Source: Macrostomum hystrix (Eukaryota > Animalia > Platyhelminthes). From it: 64,000 nucleotides of DNA. The translations under genes were made by a program, and so were the position numbers. Of this stretch, positions 1 to 13,400 are shown piece after piece. The notes under the pieces were generated by a model that worked only from the letters and a program-made list of their open reading frames with translations, did not search any database and had not been told where the DNA came from. The stretch's first letter is position 1; each line of letters opens with the position of its first letter. The DNA is taken from assembly GCA_950097015.1 (NCBI GenBank), contig CATNEN010000029.1:2604001-2668000 (forward strand), read 5' to 3'.

Positions 1-388
1 AACGAGTCCCGATTGTTCAATAAGTCCCAGTTTTAGCGAGTCCCGATTGTTCAATGAATCCCAGTTTTAGCGAGTCCCGATTGTTTAATAAGTCCCAGTT
101 TTAACGAGTCCCGATTGTTCAATAAGTCCCAGTTTTAGCGAGTCCCGATTGTTCAATGAATCCCAGTTTTAGCGAGTCCCGATTGTTTAATGTATCCCAG
201 TTTTAGCGAGTCCCAATTGTTCAATGAATCCCACTTTTTTTATCGAGTCCCAATTGTTCAATGAATCCCAGTTTTAGCGAGTCCCGATTGGTCAATGAAT
301 CCCAGTTTTAGCGAGTCCCGATTGTTCAATGAATCCCAGTTTTAGCGAGTCCCAATTGGTCAATGAATCCCAGTTTTAGCGAGTCCCG
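1..388. repeat. 34-bp minisatellite (AGCGAGTCCCGATTGTTCAATGAATCCCAGTTTT), ~11 copies, runs off the window start
   Basis: Tandem units read directly. Confidence 0.95.
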
Positions 389-814
389 ATTGGTATTGCA
401 TGCGCACACGTTTATTGAGTTTTTTTACACGACCTTAATTTCTCTGTATTCCATGTCGATTCATTATTGCCCTTATTTTGGGATTTTATTATCGTTCTTG
501 CTGTTGCTATCATGCATACAAGTATTTACAATGCGATTGTTAAACGGAAAGTCGTTTACTGTCATTGTAAAATAACAAATGTGCAAATTTAGTGACTGAT
601 TTATAAAATAAATAAATGTCTGACGAACTGTCGTCGGGTGATTGTGTGGTAAATATTTTAGTAGATTGTAAACTCTCTGCTGCTGTTTGCATTTTCATGA
701 TTTAGTTGTTTCAATTTAGAATATTCTGTGGGAATTAGTGAACTGACACGCTTTCAACCAGACGAACAGCTAGTGGTACAGCCGCAAAACTCATGAAAAC
801 GCATTCCAAATGTT

Positions 815-1430
815 GGAATCTGCCCAATAATCTCTCAAAGGAATCGTCGCTTCAATCGCTTTGTTAGTGTAGGAATCTGCCCAAGAATCTCTCAAAGGAA
901 TCGTCGCTTCAATCGCTTTGTTAGTGTAGGAATCTGCCCAAGAATCTCTCAAAGGAATCGTCGCTTCAATCGCTTTGTTAGTGTAGGAATCTGCCCAAGA
1001 ATCTCTCAAAGGAATCGTCGCTTCAATCGCTTTGTTAGTGTAGGAATCTGCCCAAGAATCGCTCAAAGGAATCTTCGCTTCAATCGCTTTGTTAGTGTAG
1101 GAATCTGCCCAAGAATCTCTCAAAGGAATCGTCGCTTCAATCGCTTTGTTAGTGTAGGAATCTGCCCAAGAATCTCTCAAAGGAATCGTCGCTTCAATCG
1201 CTTTTTGAGTGTAGGAATCTGCCCAAGAATCTCTCAAAGGAATCGTCGCTTCAATCGCTTTGTTAGTGTAGGAATCTGCCCAAGAATCTCTCAAAGGAAT
1301 CGTCGCTTCAATCGCTTTTTGAGTGTAGGAATCTGCCCAAGAATCTCTAAAAGGAATTGTTGCTTCAATCGCTTTTTGAGTGTAGGAATCTGCCCAAGAA
1401 TCTCTCAAAGGAATCGTCGCTTCAATCGCT
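815..1430. repeat. 57-bp minisatellite, ~10.5 copies
   Basis: Unit GAATCTGCCCAAGAATCTCTCAAAGGAATCGTCGCTTCAATCGCTTTGTTAGTGTAG; explains the 19-aa periodic ORF 791..1408. Confidence 0.95.
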
Positions 1431-1888
1431 AAATAAAATGATCATACAGTAAAGGTGAACCAACATCACGTGACTTAGTCAGCCAAATTTACACTGTAGT
1501 GTATGTAGTACCCAAAAGCCAATGAGTGATGCAGCATTTAGGGAAATTCTTGCACCTTTACCACTATGTCTTTCGACATACAGTGAAAAAATCTATAAAA
1601 AAATCAATATTAACAGATGAAAAACTGCACAATTTGCGCATGCTCGTAAGGAGCAAAACACGAAACAAAATACAGGTGATAATTATTGTATCCAGTGCAC
1701 AAAAAAGCATTTCGGCAATCGACGAAATTACATCATCGTTGACAGCAAACAATAAATAGACAAATCAGATTTGCGTCACAAAAACTCGCATTGTCATGTC
1801 CGCATGTTTGGAATTATTAATTTAGAGAACAATGACGCAGGCAATAATCAGGGCCGCTTAACTTCCCCAAGACTACACTCCGTGCAGC

Positions 1889-4800
1889 CTAGTAAGTTTT
1901 CTGCCGGGTCACCTGTCCAGAATGTGAGCCGTGGTGGGCCGGCATGTCGTGCGCATCTTCTATAGCGTTACGACGAAGAAAGTACTTGCAGTAGATGAGC
2001 ACGCCAGCGCCGATAAGTAGGCCGGCGCCGACAGCTGAGAATACCGCGATCAGCACAATGGCCAGCGTGTCCAAGCCAACGCCTCCAGTGCCTGGGTCAA
2101 CGGTTGACGTAGGCGGCGTGGTAGAAGGAACTATCGGTGCAGATGTTGTATCAACGTCGGGCGAAGGATTTGTCGGTCCAGTTGACAGGGTTGACCCGGT
2201 CGAGTCAGTCACGGGAGGACGAATGGTAGAAGTAGACTCACCAGTCACCTGTGTGGGAGTGGAATCGGCCTGTGAGTCAGTGGAAGTCCGCGTTGTCGGG
2301 GAGGTCGTCGGTGTTGTCTCTGTCGGGGTAGTCATTGTCGTTGTCATCGGCGGGTCCAGCTGGCTGATGCAATGGGGCGAGTCGATGCACGGAAGCGCCT
2401 GGTCCCAGAAGGCGCAGTTCTGTCCGCGGTAGACGTCCTCGACGTATCGCAGGGGCGACGTGGCGTTGTCGCCGTCTCCGGGGTCCCGCAGCAGCAGCAC
2501 TCGTTGACTGGCAGCGTCGTATGCCTCCCAGCGCGGACTGCCGTTCTCAGCGAAATCCAGCAGGTTGCGGACCAGGAAGGCCGATAGCTGGGCGGGCACC
2601 TCGCCGAGTGGCTTCGCAGGACCGGCGGGCCGGCCCATGAGGATGTGGGCGTCGTCGACTGCAGGACGGGGTGGTCAGGAGGAGCGGTCAACTAATAAAA
2701 CAGAATGAAGCCAGTGATGGCTGGTGAGTGAGGCCAGTGATGGCTGGTGAGTGAGAGCACCCCTACACAAAAGGCAGTCACAAGCAGCTCAGCTCACACA
2801 GAGTGGCTCCAATCAGGGGGTCGCCACTCGGTGGGGCCTCAGCGGGCGCAGCCAGCAGGAAGCCGAACACGGGCTCGGGCTGCTGGCGAGCGCTGGCAGC
2901 TGCCATGAACTTCCAGGACGGGCAGCTGAAGTGTCGGTCGCCCAGCGCCTGCGCCAGCAGCCGAGCGTCGCTGCCGACACCAGGACTACCAGCACCCGGG
3001 TCCGGGAACCTGGCGAACCGGTTGGCAGCCGCCTGCAGGCCGACGGGCGACAGCGACTCGGCGAAGCGGGGGAAGTGGCGAAGAGAGTCGGCCAGGAGCT
3101 GAGCGGGCGGAATGAGCGGCTGAGATGCAGATGCGGAAGATACACAACACAACAGCGTCAAGGAACAGAGGTACACAGGTACACAGGTACACAAGCGCAC
3201 AGGTACACAAGCACACAGATACACAAGCACACAGGTACACAAGCACACAGATACACAAGCACACAGGTACACAAGCGCACAGGTACACAGGTACACAGGT
3301 ACACAAGCGCACAGGTACACAGGTACATAAGCACACAGATACACAAGCACACAGGTAAACAAGCACACAGATACACAAGCACATAGATACACAAGCACAC
3401 AGGTACACAAGCGCACAGGCACACAGGTACACAAGCACACAGGTTCACAAGCACACAGGTACACAAGTACACAGGTACACAAGTACACAGGTTCACAAGC
3501 ACACAGGTACACAAGCGCACAGATACACAAGCGCACAGGTACACAGAAAACCTCATACAGAGCACACTCTACTCACTGTCTGCAGCTCGTCACGAGTCAT
3601 ATTCTGCAGCTGCTGGCTGCTGAGCAGCATTCGGAGCAGGGCGTTGCCAGGCGCCGCCACACCGCCCAGCAACAGCGGAGGCAGCGGAGGCAGCGAGTCG
3701 GTGGCCCAGGGTTCCGAGTTCAGGAAGTCATTGTCCAAGACCGGCCCGAAGGCGATGAACGGTGCAGGGAGTCGAGCCTCGTTTAGCTGGAACTCGGCGG
3801 CTGCGCTGACGATGTCGGAGACGTTAAGGGCTTGCAGGCAGGCCAGCAAGGACTTCGTGGACCCGAAGGTGTTGCATTGCAGCGAGGCGGCTGCGGGAGA
3901 GGCGCGAGACAAGATTTAGGGCTGCAGTGCACTGCTTATCCCCTGATGATTTTCACATCCTCCAATCCCAGTCACGAGTCAGCTGCTCCCAGTACCAATA
4001 TGCTGATTCCCTGATGCAAATGCTTACATACTAATTCCCTAATCCCTATCTGCATGTCCCATCCCCACATTCCTATCTTTATATCCCATACCCACATCCC
4101 TATCTGCATATCTCATCCCCACATCCCTATCTGCATATCTCCACATCCTTATCTGCATATCCCACATCCATCATCCCTATCTGCGTATCCCATCCCTCAT
4201 CCCTATCTGCATATCCCATCCCCACATCCCTATCTGCATGTCCCATCCCCACATCCCTATCTGCATGTCCCATCCCCACATCCCTATCTGCATGTCCCAT
4301 CCCCACATCCCTATCTGCATATCCCAATTCCCACATCCCTACCTGCATACCCCATACCCACATCCCTATCTGCATATACCAATCCCATGTAAAACACCCA
4401 GCTCCTGGCTGAGCTGAGCACACCTGTGAAGTTCGAGTGCAGCTGCTGGACGCTGTCTGTTCTGGGCGATACCAGGTAAGGCATGTTGGGCGACCCTGAC
4501 AGCAGCACAGCTCGCTGGAATTGTGACTTCCCAGCCAGAAGGTGGAAGCCGACCGAGGCGGCGCCCGACTCCACGCCGATCAGGGTGACCTTCGAGGAGG
4601 AGCCGCCGAAACTGCGGATGTTTCTTCCGCTCACCCACTCAATGACCATGGCCTGGTCTCTCAGTCCCAGGTTTGCACTCACAACGCCCGGAATCCAAAG
4701 GAAGCCGAGCGGTCCTGCGGGCCACATTTTCGGTTGTGATTTCGAGAGCTACTACTAACAGTAGTGCTGATAGAGCACTGATCTCATACTAGATAATTTT

Positions 4801-7800
4801 AATAAATAATATTTATTCATAAAGAGACTGGCACAGGTAAGAAAGTAGATAGACTGACTGACACAGATGGGTAACACAGGAGAGTAACAGGGGGGAAGAG
4901 ACAGTAACAGGTTAGGGAGAAACAGTAACAGGTGGAGAAGGGACAGTAAGAGGTGGGGAAGAGACAGTAACAGGTGGGGAAGAGACAGTAACAGGTTGGG
5001 GAGAGACAGTAACAGGTGGGGAAAGAGACGGTACCTAATGGGGAAGAGACAGTAACAGATGGGGAAAGAGAAAATAACAGGTGGGGAAGAGACAGTAACA
5101 TGTAAGAGTCGCACCCAGTCGGTAGGCAGCCGTGACCACCACTGCATCACCGAAGTCCAGCACGTGGCTGCCTCGCCAGCGGTCGTCTGCAGCGTCGCCA
5201 GCCTCGAAGAAGCCACCGTGCAGAAAGAGCAGCACTGGCAGGTTCGTCACAGTGACTTCAGCAGTCGCGGGCGTCCACAGGTTCATGTAGAGGCAGTCCT
5301 CCGAGGTGTCGAGGACTTGCCCGGACGACGGATGTCCGAACTGGACGCAGGCGGGCTTCGGACTGATGGCCACGTAGGTCTGAGGAGAAGCTGCGGCGTG
5401 AGAGCACAGTTGAAGCACAGTGAGAACACAGTTTAAGCACAGTTTGAGCACAGTTGAAACACAGTTGAAGCACAGTTTGAGCACAGTTGAAGCACAGTGA
5501 GAACACAGTTGAAGCACAGTTTGAGCACAGTTGAAGCACAGTGAGAACACAGTTGAAGCACAGTGAGAACACAGTTGAAGCACAGTTTGAGCACAGTTGA
5601 AGCACAGTGAGAACACAGTTTAAGCACAGTTTGAGCACAGTTGAAACACAGTTTGAGCACAGTTTGAGCACAGTTGAAGCACAGTGAGAACACAGTTTAA
5701 GCACAGTTTGAGCACAGTTGAAACACAGTTTGAGCACAGTTTGAGCACAGTTGAAACACAGTTTGAGCACAGTTGAAGCACAGTTTGTGCACAGTTGAAG
5801 CGCGCTTTGAGCACATTGAGAACTAATTTAAGCACAGTTTGAGCACAGACCAGACAGCATGGTTAGAGAACAGTGAAAACACAGTAAGACAATAGTGAGC
5901 ACACAGTAAGAACAAGGTGAGAACGCAGTGAGAACAGAGTGAGCACACAGTGAGAACATTATAAGATACCAAAAGAGCTCAGATCATAGAGTCAGATTCA
6001 CCAAAGTGCAGCAGCTTGAGCTGAACTCACGGAGTACATCCAGTTTTTCTGGTGGTTTGAATCGCCGGTCTCCGATTGGCGGCTTTGCGTAGGGCAGGCC
6101 GAGAAACTGCGACATCACTTTGCCAGCAGGTGTCCTGATTGTCTGTCCAATTGTATCTCCGTAGCCAATCACATTGATTGAAAAGTTTCGCAGCACCGTG
6201 TTAGACACGGGCTTCGGCAACGACCAGTGCTGCTGCTGCTGCTGCTGCTGTGGCATTGTCCTGGAAGTTTTCGTTTCCAGCGCCGGCCGTGGCGTTGCGG
6301 GGCCGGACAGAGCGTTGGCCAGCGGCATCTCAGCGGTCCAGAGCGGGCAGCGTCCGGGCTCGAATGCGAAGCCACCGGTTGACAGCTTGGCGGAGTTGTT
6401 GGCATTCGACTCAGCGCTGAAGCGCATGAACTCGGAGATGGAGACACTGCTGGCCGACCAGTCAGCACCGGGCACTGCGGGATCGGATTTAAGGCTGGGA
6501 AATCCAACTGTCACTCCCGCACCTCAGCTGTCACTCACGCACCTCAACTGTCACTCACGCACCTCAGCTGTCACTTCCTCACCTCAGCTGTCACTCCCGC
6601 ACCTCAGGTGTCACTTCCTCACCTCAGCTGTCAGTCCCGCACCTCAGCTGTCACTCCCGCACCTCAGCTGTCACTCACGCACCTCAGCTGTCAGTCCCGC
6701 ACCTCAGCTGTCAGTCCCGCACCTCAGCTGTCAGTCCCGCACCTCAGCTGTCAGTCCCGCACCTCAACTGTCACTCACGCACCTCAGCTGTCACTTCCTC
6801 ACCTCAGCTGTCACTCCCACACCTCATCTGTCACTCACGCACCTCAGCTGTCAGTCCCACACCTCAGCTGTCGTTCCGAATTCTTCAATCTCAGTGGTTT
6901 CGCACAGCACTTGTCACTGTCACCTGGCACCAAGTAACCGAAATTCGCAAGCCTACCGCCAGCAGTCACGAAGGCGGCCAGGTGCCGTGACATCAGTCGA
7001 GCCAGACTCCTGTGCTCTGCCGGATAGTTCGGACGCAGCAGCGGCTCCCCTAGCAGGTAGGCCACGTCTGTCGCCGCCTTCTCTGGCTCAGTCGGGTCGA
7101 TGTCCAAGTCGAGCAGGTACATGAAAACCTCCGCTCCGCCACTGCTCAGCAGCTCGCTGGTGGCGAGCCATGCTGGACAGGCCACCCCGAAGTCGGACAG
7201 CGCTCGCGCCAGCGTCGACTGGACGGAGGCTCCGAAGGCAGCGTGTGGCCAGTCGGACAGGGCCACGCGGAGGAACCGCCGACCGGAGATTGACGTGCCT
7301 CCGCCTTCAGCGTGCAGGCGGGGAAACTGCCCGAGCTCTCTGTCCAGCATCTAGGAATGAACGGCAGGTGATGGGGATGAGAACTCTGTCCAGCATCTGG
7401 GAATGAACGGCAGGTGATGGGGATAAGGACTCTGTCCAGCATCTGGGAATGAACGGCAGGTGATGGGGATGAGAACTCTGTCCAGCATCTGGGAAAGAAC
7501 GGCAGGTGATGGGGATGAGAACTCTGTCCAGCATCTGGGAATGAACGGCAGGTGATGGGGATGAGAAATATGTCCAGCATCTGGGATGAGGATGGTGATG
7601 ATGAGGATGAGGATGCAGGTTATCGGGATAATCTAAGAAACTCACAGCCTCGAAGTCGGTCTTGTTGACGCTGTCCCAGTCGACTCGTCCCAGAAGTCGC
7701 AGCGCGCGCTTCGCCAGCGCCAAGCCAGCGCCCGAGCTGGCCCCGATCAGAAGCGAGCCGTTGAAGCCACCCCCGCGCCAGCGCGCGTCCGGCAGCTTCT

Positions 7801-8752
7801 CCGAGGCGTTGAAGCTCGGTGCGAATCGACCTGTGCCGTTGACATCGTCGCGAAGCAGCGCTGCCTCAGCGTCCAGCAGCGATTGCAGCGACTGTTGGCG
7901 GAGGCATTCTAGTGACAGCCGACTCCCTTCGGCGACGCAGCCGAGACTCTCAGCGAACCGGAGGTCGAGCTCGGCGGCCACCTCGCTGGAAGCTGACCAG
8001 GCCATCGGTGCTTTGATCGAGCCGCTCATCATGATGACGCGCGAGAAGCCCGGACTGTCCCCGACGACGCCGATCGAGTGTAGGCCGACAGCTCCGGCGG
8101 CGGACGGTCCGTGGCCAGCCAGCGAGACCCGGCTCGGGTCGCCGCCGAATACGCCGATCGCCTCTCGTAGGAACCGCAGCGCCAGGCGCTGGTCGAGCAG
8201 GCCCGCGTTCAGGCCGGCCGGCAGGTTGCCAAGGACGCCTGTCCGGCTGCCGACCGTCGCCAGGACGACTCCGCTGGCTGCGCCGTCGATTCCGGCGGCC
8301 AACGCGTCGCCGTCCTCGTGGCCCACGATTTCGTCGTCGAAGTCGGTGGAGCCTCCGAGCAGCAGCGCCAGCACCGGCCGCTGGCCTGAGAGGTCCGGAG
8401 TTCGAATGCTCACGCGGAGAAGCAGATCCTCAATTAATGAGCCGCCTGGCTCGTCTCCGGTGGCGTTTAGCTTGCAGTCTGGCTGATCGAACTCGGTAAA
8501 CGGCTCCGGCGCGGCGAAGCGCCTCAACCCGACCGGCGCCTCCGCGTACGGCACGCGCAGAAAGCGAAACAGCGGCCTCTCCTCACCGCTGATCGTCACG
8601 TTCAGCTCGGAGCCCACGATGGTGCAGTTGCGAATTTTCACCTTGACCTCTCCAATCACCTGCCGCTGAGCCTCCGCCAACATCGGCGACAGGGCGACGG
8701 CTACGGCGACAGAGACGGCCGCAACAACAGTGACTACGGCAACGCCAGTCAT
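1889..8752 (-). CDS. Tandem double cholinesterase-like (non-catalytic, neuroligin/CLAM-like) type I membrane protein, short-tail copy; 8 exons 8752-7646, 7350-6957, 6474-6031, 5390-5115, 4714-4424, 3890-3577, 3119-2798, 2658-1889; ~1305 aa
   Basis: Signal peptide MTGVAVV...AEA. Two carboxylesterase folds ([16 protein letters not shown] / [37 protein letters not shown] / [13 protein letters not shown] / CAFW). All seven introns are GT-AG with matching phases and the summed length (3918 nt) is divisible by 3. Thr/Ser stalk, TM helix, ~30-aa tail ending RQKTY. Confidence 0.88.
3165..3546. repeat. GTACACAAGCACACAG-type minisatellite in intron 6 of the minus copy
   Basis: Tandem 8/16-bp units; source of the LCACV/HTGTQ ORFs. 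Confidence 0.95.
4025..4386. repeat. CCCACATCCCTATCTGCATAT-type minisatellite in intron 5 of the minus copy
   Basis: Tandem units seen directly. Confidence 0.9.
4880..5100. repeat. ~21-bp AACAGGTGGGGAAGAGACAGT minisatellite in intron 4 of the minus copy
   Basis: Tandem units seen directly. Confidence 0.9.
5403..5850. repeat. 11-bp GCACAGTTTGA-type minisatellite in intron 3 of the minus copy
   Basis: Tandem units seen directly. Confidence 0.95.
6508..6875. repeat. 20-bp GCACCTCAGCTGTCACTCAC minisatellite in intron 2 of the minus copy
   Basis: Tandem units seen directly. Confidence 0.95.
7337..7620. repeat. 46-bp minisatellite spanning the intron 1/exon 2 junction of the minus copy (6 acceptor copies)
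   Basis: YAG|ATGCTGGAC recurs at 7580, 7534, 7488, 7442, 7396, 7350. Confidence 0.92.
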
Positions 8753-9382
8753 CGAGATCTGCTGAGATCTGATTGGTCAGTCCGACCTGCGCTCTGTGCT
8801 TGTCCGCAGTGCGGATGTGAGTCCGATTTCAGTGACGGTAACGCCCTGTTTATGCTTTTGCACCACCCTGTCTTGCGAATTCTGGCTAATTCTGGCTATT
8901 TTCTGGCATCCTACGCCTTGCAGGAACCGCCTACTTTTTTCTCTTCTTAGTCCCTAAGCCCAGATAAGATTATATCCCTATGCTGGCTGGTCAGGCTTTT
9001 AGTTCGGGGGGCTAATCGTTGACTAGAAATGCAAACCTGATTCTTGTGCACACCGGCGCTTGTGTGTTATATCGCAGTAGGCTGAGATTTCTGAGTAGCA
9101 GATAACACAGCAACAGTACTTGTTGGTGCAATAGTTCTGCTGATATTCGCCATGCCCAGTGTACGAATGTGCATGCAGTTTTAGATCTGCACAGCGATAG
9201 ACAGGGACCATGCTATTTGCGGATATTATTGCTAAATTTCGAATACTGCCGTGTCTCCTAGCAACCAAAAAGTAAACAGTGGCAATTTTTTCCGTCTTTT
9301 TTGTGCATTTTCTTTGGGGTTCATTTTTTCAAAGAAAGAATATTCTAAAAATGCTATTTTATGTTTTAGTGGCACTTATTAA

Positions 9383-9930
9383 AAACCCGTCAGAATCCTT
9401 CAGATCCTTCACAAACCCGTCAGAATCCTTCATTTCCTTCACAAACCCGTCAGAATCCTTCAGGTCCTTCACAAACCCGTCAGAATCCTTCAGGTCCATC
9501 ACAAACCCGTCAGAATCCTTCAGGTCCTTCACAAACCCGTCAGAATCCTTCAGGTCCTTCACAAACCCGTCAGAATCCTTCAGGTCCTTCACAAACCCGT
9601 CAGAATCCTTCATTTCCTTCACAAACCCGTCAGAATCCTTCATTTCCTTCACAAACCCGTCAGAATCCTTCAGTTCCTTCACAAAACCGTCAGAATCCTT
9701 CAGGTCCTTCACAAACTCACCATAATCCTTCAGGTCCTTCACAAACCCTTCAGGTCTTTCACAAACCCGTCAGGTCTTTCACAAATCCGTCAGAATCCTT
9801 CAGGTCCTTCACAAACCCATCAGGTCCTTCACAAACCCGTCAGAATCCTTCAGGTCTTTCCTAAACTCACCAGAATCCTTCAGGTACTTCTCAAACCCGT
9901 CAGAATCCTACAAGTCCTTCATAAGCCACC
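9383..9930. repeat. 30-bp minisatellite (AAACCCGTCAGAATCCTTCAGGTCCTTCAC) in the palindrome spacer
   Basis: Tandem units, degenerating towards 9930. Confidence 0.95.
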
Positions 9931-10478
9931 TAAAATCCTTTAGGTTTTGGTCTCTGAAAATACTACTTTAGGTAGGCTGTGCAGCAGTTCAGCATTAAAA
10001 CTCCATGTGTGACTCAATGGCATTCGGCGCACACATCGAAAAAGAAAGATATAATAAGAGTCGCCATAAAACTCAGTCGCAAGCTCCGCGACGGGAAGCT
10101 ATACAGGACCACGGTTTGGCTCAGCGGCCTGAGTTGTTGGCCTTATCTACTCACAAATTAAGCCGAAGCTAGTTTCAACACTCAGCAAAGCACAAGCAGG
10201 TCGCCTTCATGACAGATTTCTCCACACACTGAGCAGCATTTAGGCGTAATCTAATCAGCAGAGCAACCGGGGAAAACAGCAGGCAAGCAGTGTTGCGGGA
10301 GGTCGGAATCGAATGCAAAATAATAAATAGCGTTCAAAGGGAGTGTTTTCAGAAAAATTATTTAAGGCTGGACTTGTGCGAACAGGGCGTTACCGTCACC
10401 GAAATCGGACTCACATCCGCACTGCGGACAAGCACAGAGCGCAGGTCGGACTGACCAATCAGATCTCAGCAGATCTCG

Positions 10479-13400
10479 ATGACTGGCGTTGCCGTAGTCA
10501 CTGTTGTTGCGGCCGTCTCTGTCGCCGTAGCCGTCGCCCTGTCGCCGATGTTGGCGGAGGCTCAGCGGCAGGTGATTGGAGAGGTCAAGGTGAAAATTCG
10601 CAACTGCACCATCGTGGGCTCCGAGCTGAACGTGACGATCAGCGGTGAGGAGAGGCCGCTGTTTCGCTTTCTGCGCGTGCCGTACGCGGAGGCGCCGGTC
10701 GGGTTGAGGCGCTTCGCCGCGCCGGAGCCGTTTACCGAGTTCGATCAGCCAGACTGCAAGCTAAACGCCACCGGAGACGAGCCAGGCGGCTCATTAATTG
10801 AGGATCTGCTTCTCCGCGTGAGCATTCGAACTCCGGACCTCTCAGGCCAGCGGCCGGTGCTGGCGCTGCTGCTCGGAGGCTCCACCGACTTCGACGACGA
10901 AATCGTGGGCCACGAGGACGGCGACGCGTTGGCCGCCGGAATCGACGGCGCAGCCAGCGGAGTCATCCTGGCGACGGTCGGCAGCCGGACAGGCGTCCTT
11001 GGCAACCTGCCGGCCGGCCTGAACGCGGGCCTGCTCGACCAGCGCCTGGCGCTGCGGTTCCTACGAGAGGCGATCGGCGTATTCGGCGGCGACCCGAGCC
11101 GGGTCTCGCTGGCTGGCCACGGACCGTCCGCCGCCGGAGCTGTCGGCCTACACTCGATCGGCGTCGTCGGGGACGCCGGGGACAGTCCGGGCTTCTCGCG
11201 CGTCATCATGATGAGCGGCTCGATCAAGGCACCGATGGCCTGGTCAGCTTCCAGCGAGGTGGCCGCCGAGCTCGACCTCCGGTTCGCTGAGAGTCTCGGC
11301 TGCGTCGCCGAAGGGAGTCGGCTGTCACTAGAATGCCTCCGCCAACAGTCGCTGCAATCGCTGCTGGACGCTGAGGCAGCGCTGCTTCGCGACGATGTCA
11401 ACGGCACAGGTCGATTCGCACCGAGCTTCAACGCCTCGGAGAAGCTGCCGGACGCGCGCTGGCGCGGGGGTGGCTTCAATGGCTCGCTTCTGATCGGGGC
11501 CAGCTCGGGCGCTGGCTTGGCGCTGGCGAAGCGCGCGCTGCGACTTCTGGGACGAGTCGACTGGGGCAGCGTCAACAAGACCGACTTCGAGGCTGTGAGT
11601 TTCTTAGATTATCCCGATAACCTGCATCCTCATCCTCATCATCTGCATCACAGAATCCTCATCCCAATCACCTGCCGTTCATTCCCAGATGCTGGACAGA
11701 GTTCTCATCCCCATCACCTGCCGTTCATTCCCAGATGCTGGACAGAGTTCTCATCCCCATCACCTGCCGTTCATTCCCAGATGCTGGACAGAGTTCTCAT
11801 CCCCATCACCTGCCGTTCATTCCCAGATGCTGGACAGAGTTCTCATCCCCATCACCTGCCGTTCATTCCCAGATGCTGGACAGAGTCCTTATCCCCATCA
11901 CCTGCCGTTCATTCCCAGATGCTGGACAGAGTTCTCATCCCCATCACCTGCCGTTCATTCCCAGATGCTGGACAGAGAGCTCGGGCAGTTTCCCCGCCTG
12001 CACGCTGAAGGCGGAGGCACGTCAATCTCCGGTCGGCGGTTCCTCCGCGTGGCCCTGTCCGACTGGCCACACGCTGCCTTCGGAGCCTCCGTCCAGTCGA
12101 CGCTGGCGCGAGCGCTGTCCGACTTCGGGGTGGCCTGTCCAGCATGGCTCGCCACCAGCGAGCTGCTGAGCAGTGGCGGAGCGGAGGTTTTCATGTACCT
12201 GCTCGACTTGGACATCGACCCGACTGAGCCAGAGAAGGCGGCGACAGACGTGGCCTACCTGCTAGGGGAGCCGCTGCTGCGTCCGAACTATCCGGCAGAG
12301 CACAGGAGTCTGGCTCGACTGATGTCACGGCACCTGGCCGCCTTCGTGACTGCTGGCGGTAGGCTTGCGAATTTCGGTTACTTGGTGCCAGGTGACAGTG
12401 ACAAGTGCTGTGCGAAACCACTGAGATTGAAGAATTCGGAACGACAGCTGAGGTGTGGGACTGACAGCTGAGGTGCGTGAGTGACAGATGAGGTGTGGGA
12501 GTGACAGCTGAGGTGAGGAAGTGACAGCTGAGGTGCGTGAGTGACAGTTGAGGTGCGGGACTGACAGCTGAGGTGCGGGACTGACAGCTGAGGTGCGGGA
12601 CTGACAGCTGAGGTGCGTGAGTGACAGTTGAGGTGCGTGAGTGACAGCTGAGGTGCGGGAGTGACACCTGAAGTGCGTGAGTGACAGCTGAAGTGCAGAA
12701 GCGACAGCTGAGGTGCGTGAGTGACGGCTGAGGTGCGTGAGTGACAGCTGAGGTGCGTGAGTGACAGCTGAGGTGCGGGAGTGACAGTTGGATTTCCCAG
12801 CCCCAAATCCGATCCCGCAGTGCCCGGTGCTGACTGGTCGGCCAGCAGTGTCTCCAGCTCCGAGTTCATGCGCTTCAGCGCTGAGTCGAATGCCAACAAC
12901 TCCGCCAAGCTGTCAAACGGTGGCTTCGCCTTCGAGCCCGGCCGCTGCCCGCTCTGGACCGCCGAGATGCCGCTGGCCAACGCTCTGTCCGGCCCCGCAA
13001 CGCTACGGCCGGCGCTGGAAACGAAAACTTCCAGGACAATGCCACAGCAGCAGCAGCAGCAGCAGCACTGGTCGTTGCCGAAGCCCGTGTCTAACACGGT
13101 GCTGCGAAACTTTTCAATCAATGTGATTGGCTACGGAGATACAATTGGACAGACAATCAGGACACCTGCTGGCAAAGTGATGTCGCAGTTTCTCGGCCTG
13201 CCCTACGCAAAGCCGCCAATCGGAGACCGGCGATTCAAACCACCAGAAAAACTGGATGTACTCCGTGAGTTCAGCTCAAGCTGCTGCACTTTGGTGAATC
13301 TGACTCTATGATCTGAGCTCTTTTGGTATCTTATAATGTTCTCACTGTGTGCTCACTCTGTTCTCACTGCGTTCTCACCTTGTTCTTACTGTGTGCTCAC

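Larger units (their letters stand above)
2052..8850. repeat. Left arm of large inverted repeat (palindrome)
   Basis: Reverse complement of 10381..18180; inner edge ...GTAACGCCCTGTT at 8850, outer edge AGCACAATGGC at 2052. Confidence 0.95.

Noticed and set aside
1-1430. CRISPR-like appearance of the 34-bp and 57-bp arrays (and the 35-bp array at 60614)
   Set aside because: Units are head-to-tail with no unique spacers, there are no cas genes, and the context is eukaryotic
791-1432. Periodic ORFs (RDSWADSYT..., also LCACV, HTGTQ, PHIPIC, NSSNP, WDSKN, SCHPISQIT, LILSTR and similar elsewhere)
   Set aside because: They are translations of minisatellites, mostly intronic, often open in several frames on both strands; no independent coding evidence
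10375-10394. GTGCGAACAGGGCGTTA at the inner arm edge resembles a PIF/Harbinger TIR (similar to GGCCCCGTTCGCAC near 41003)
   Set aside because: No partner TIR or TSD found for either site; similarity too short
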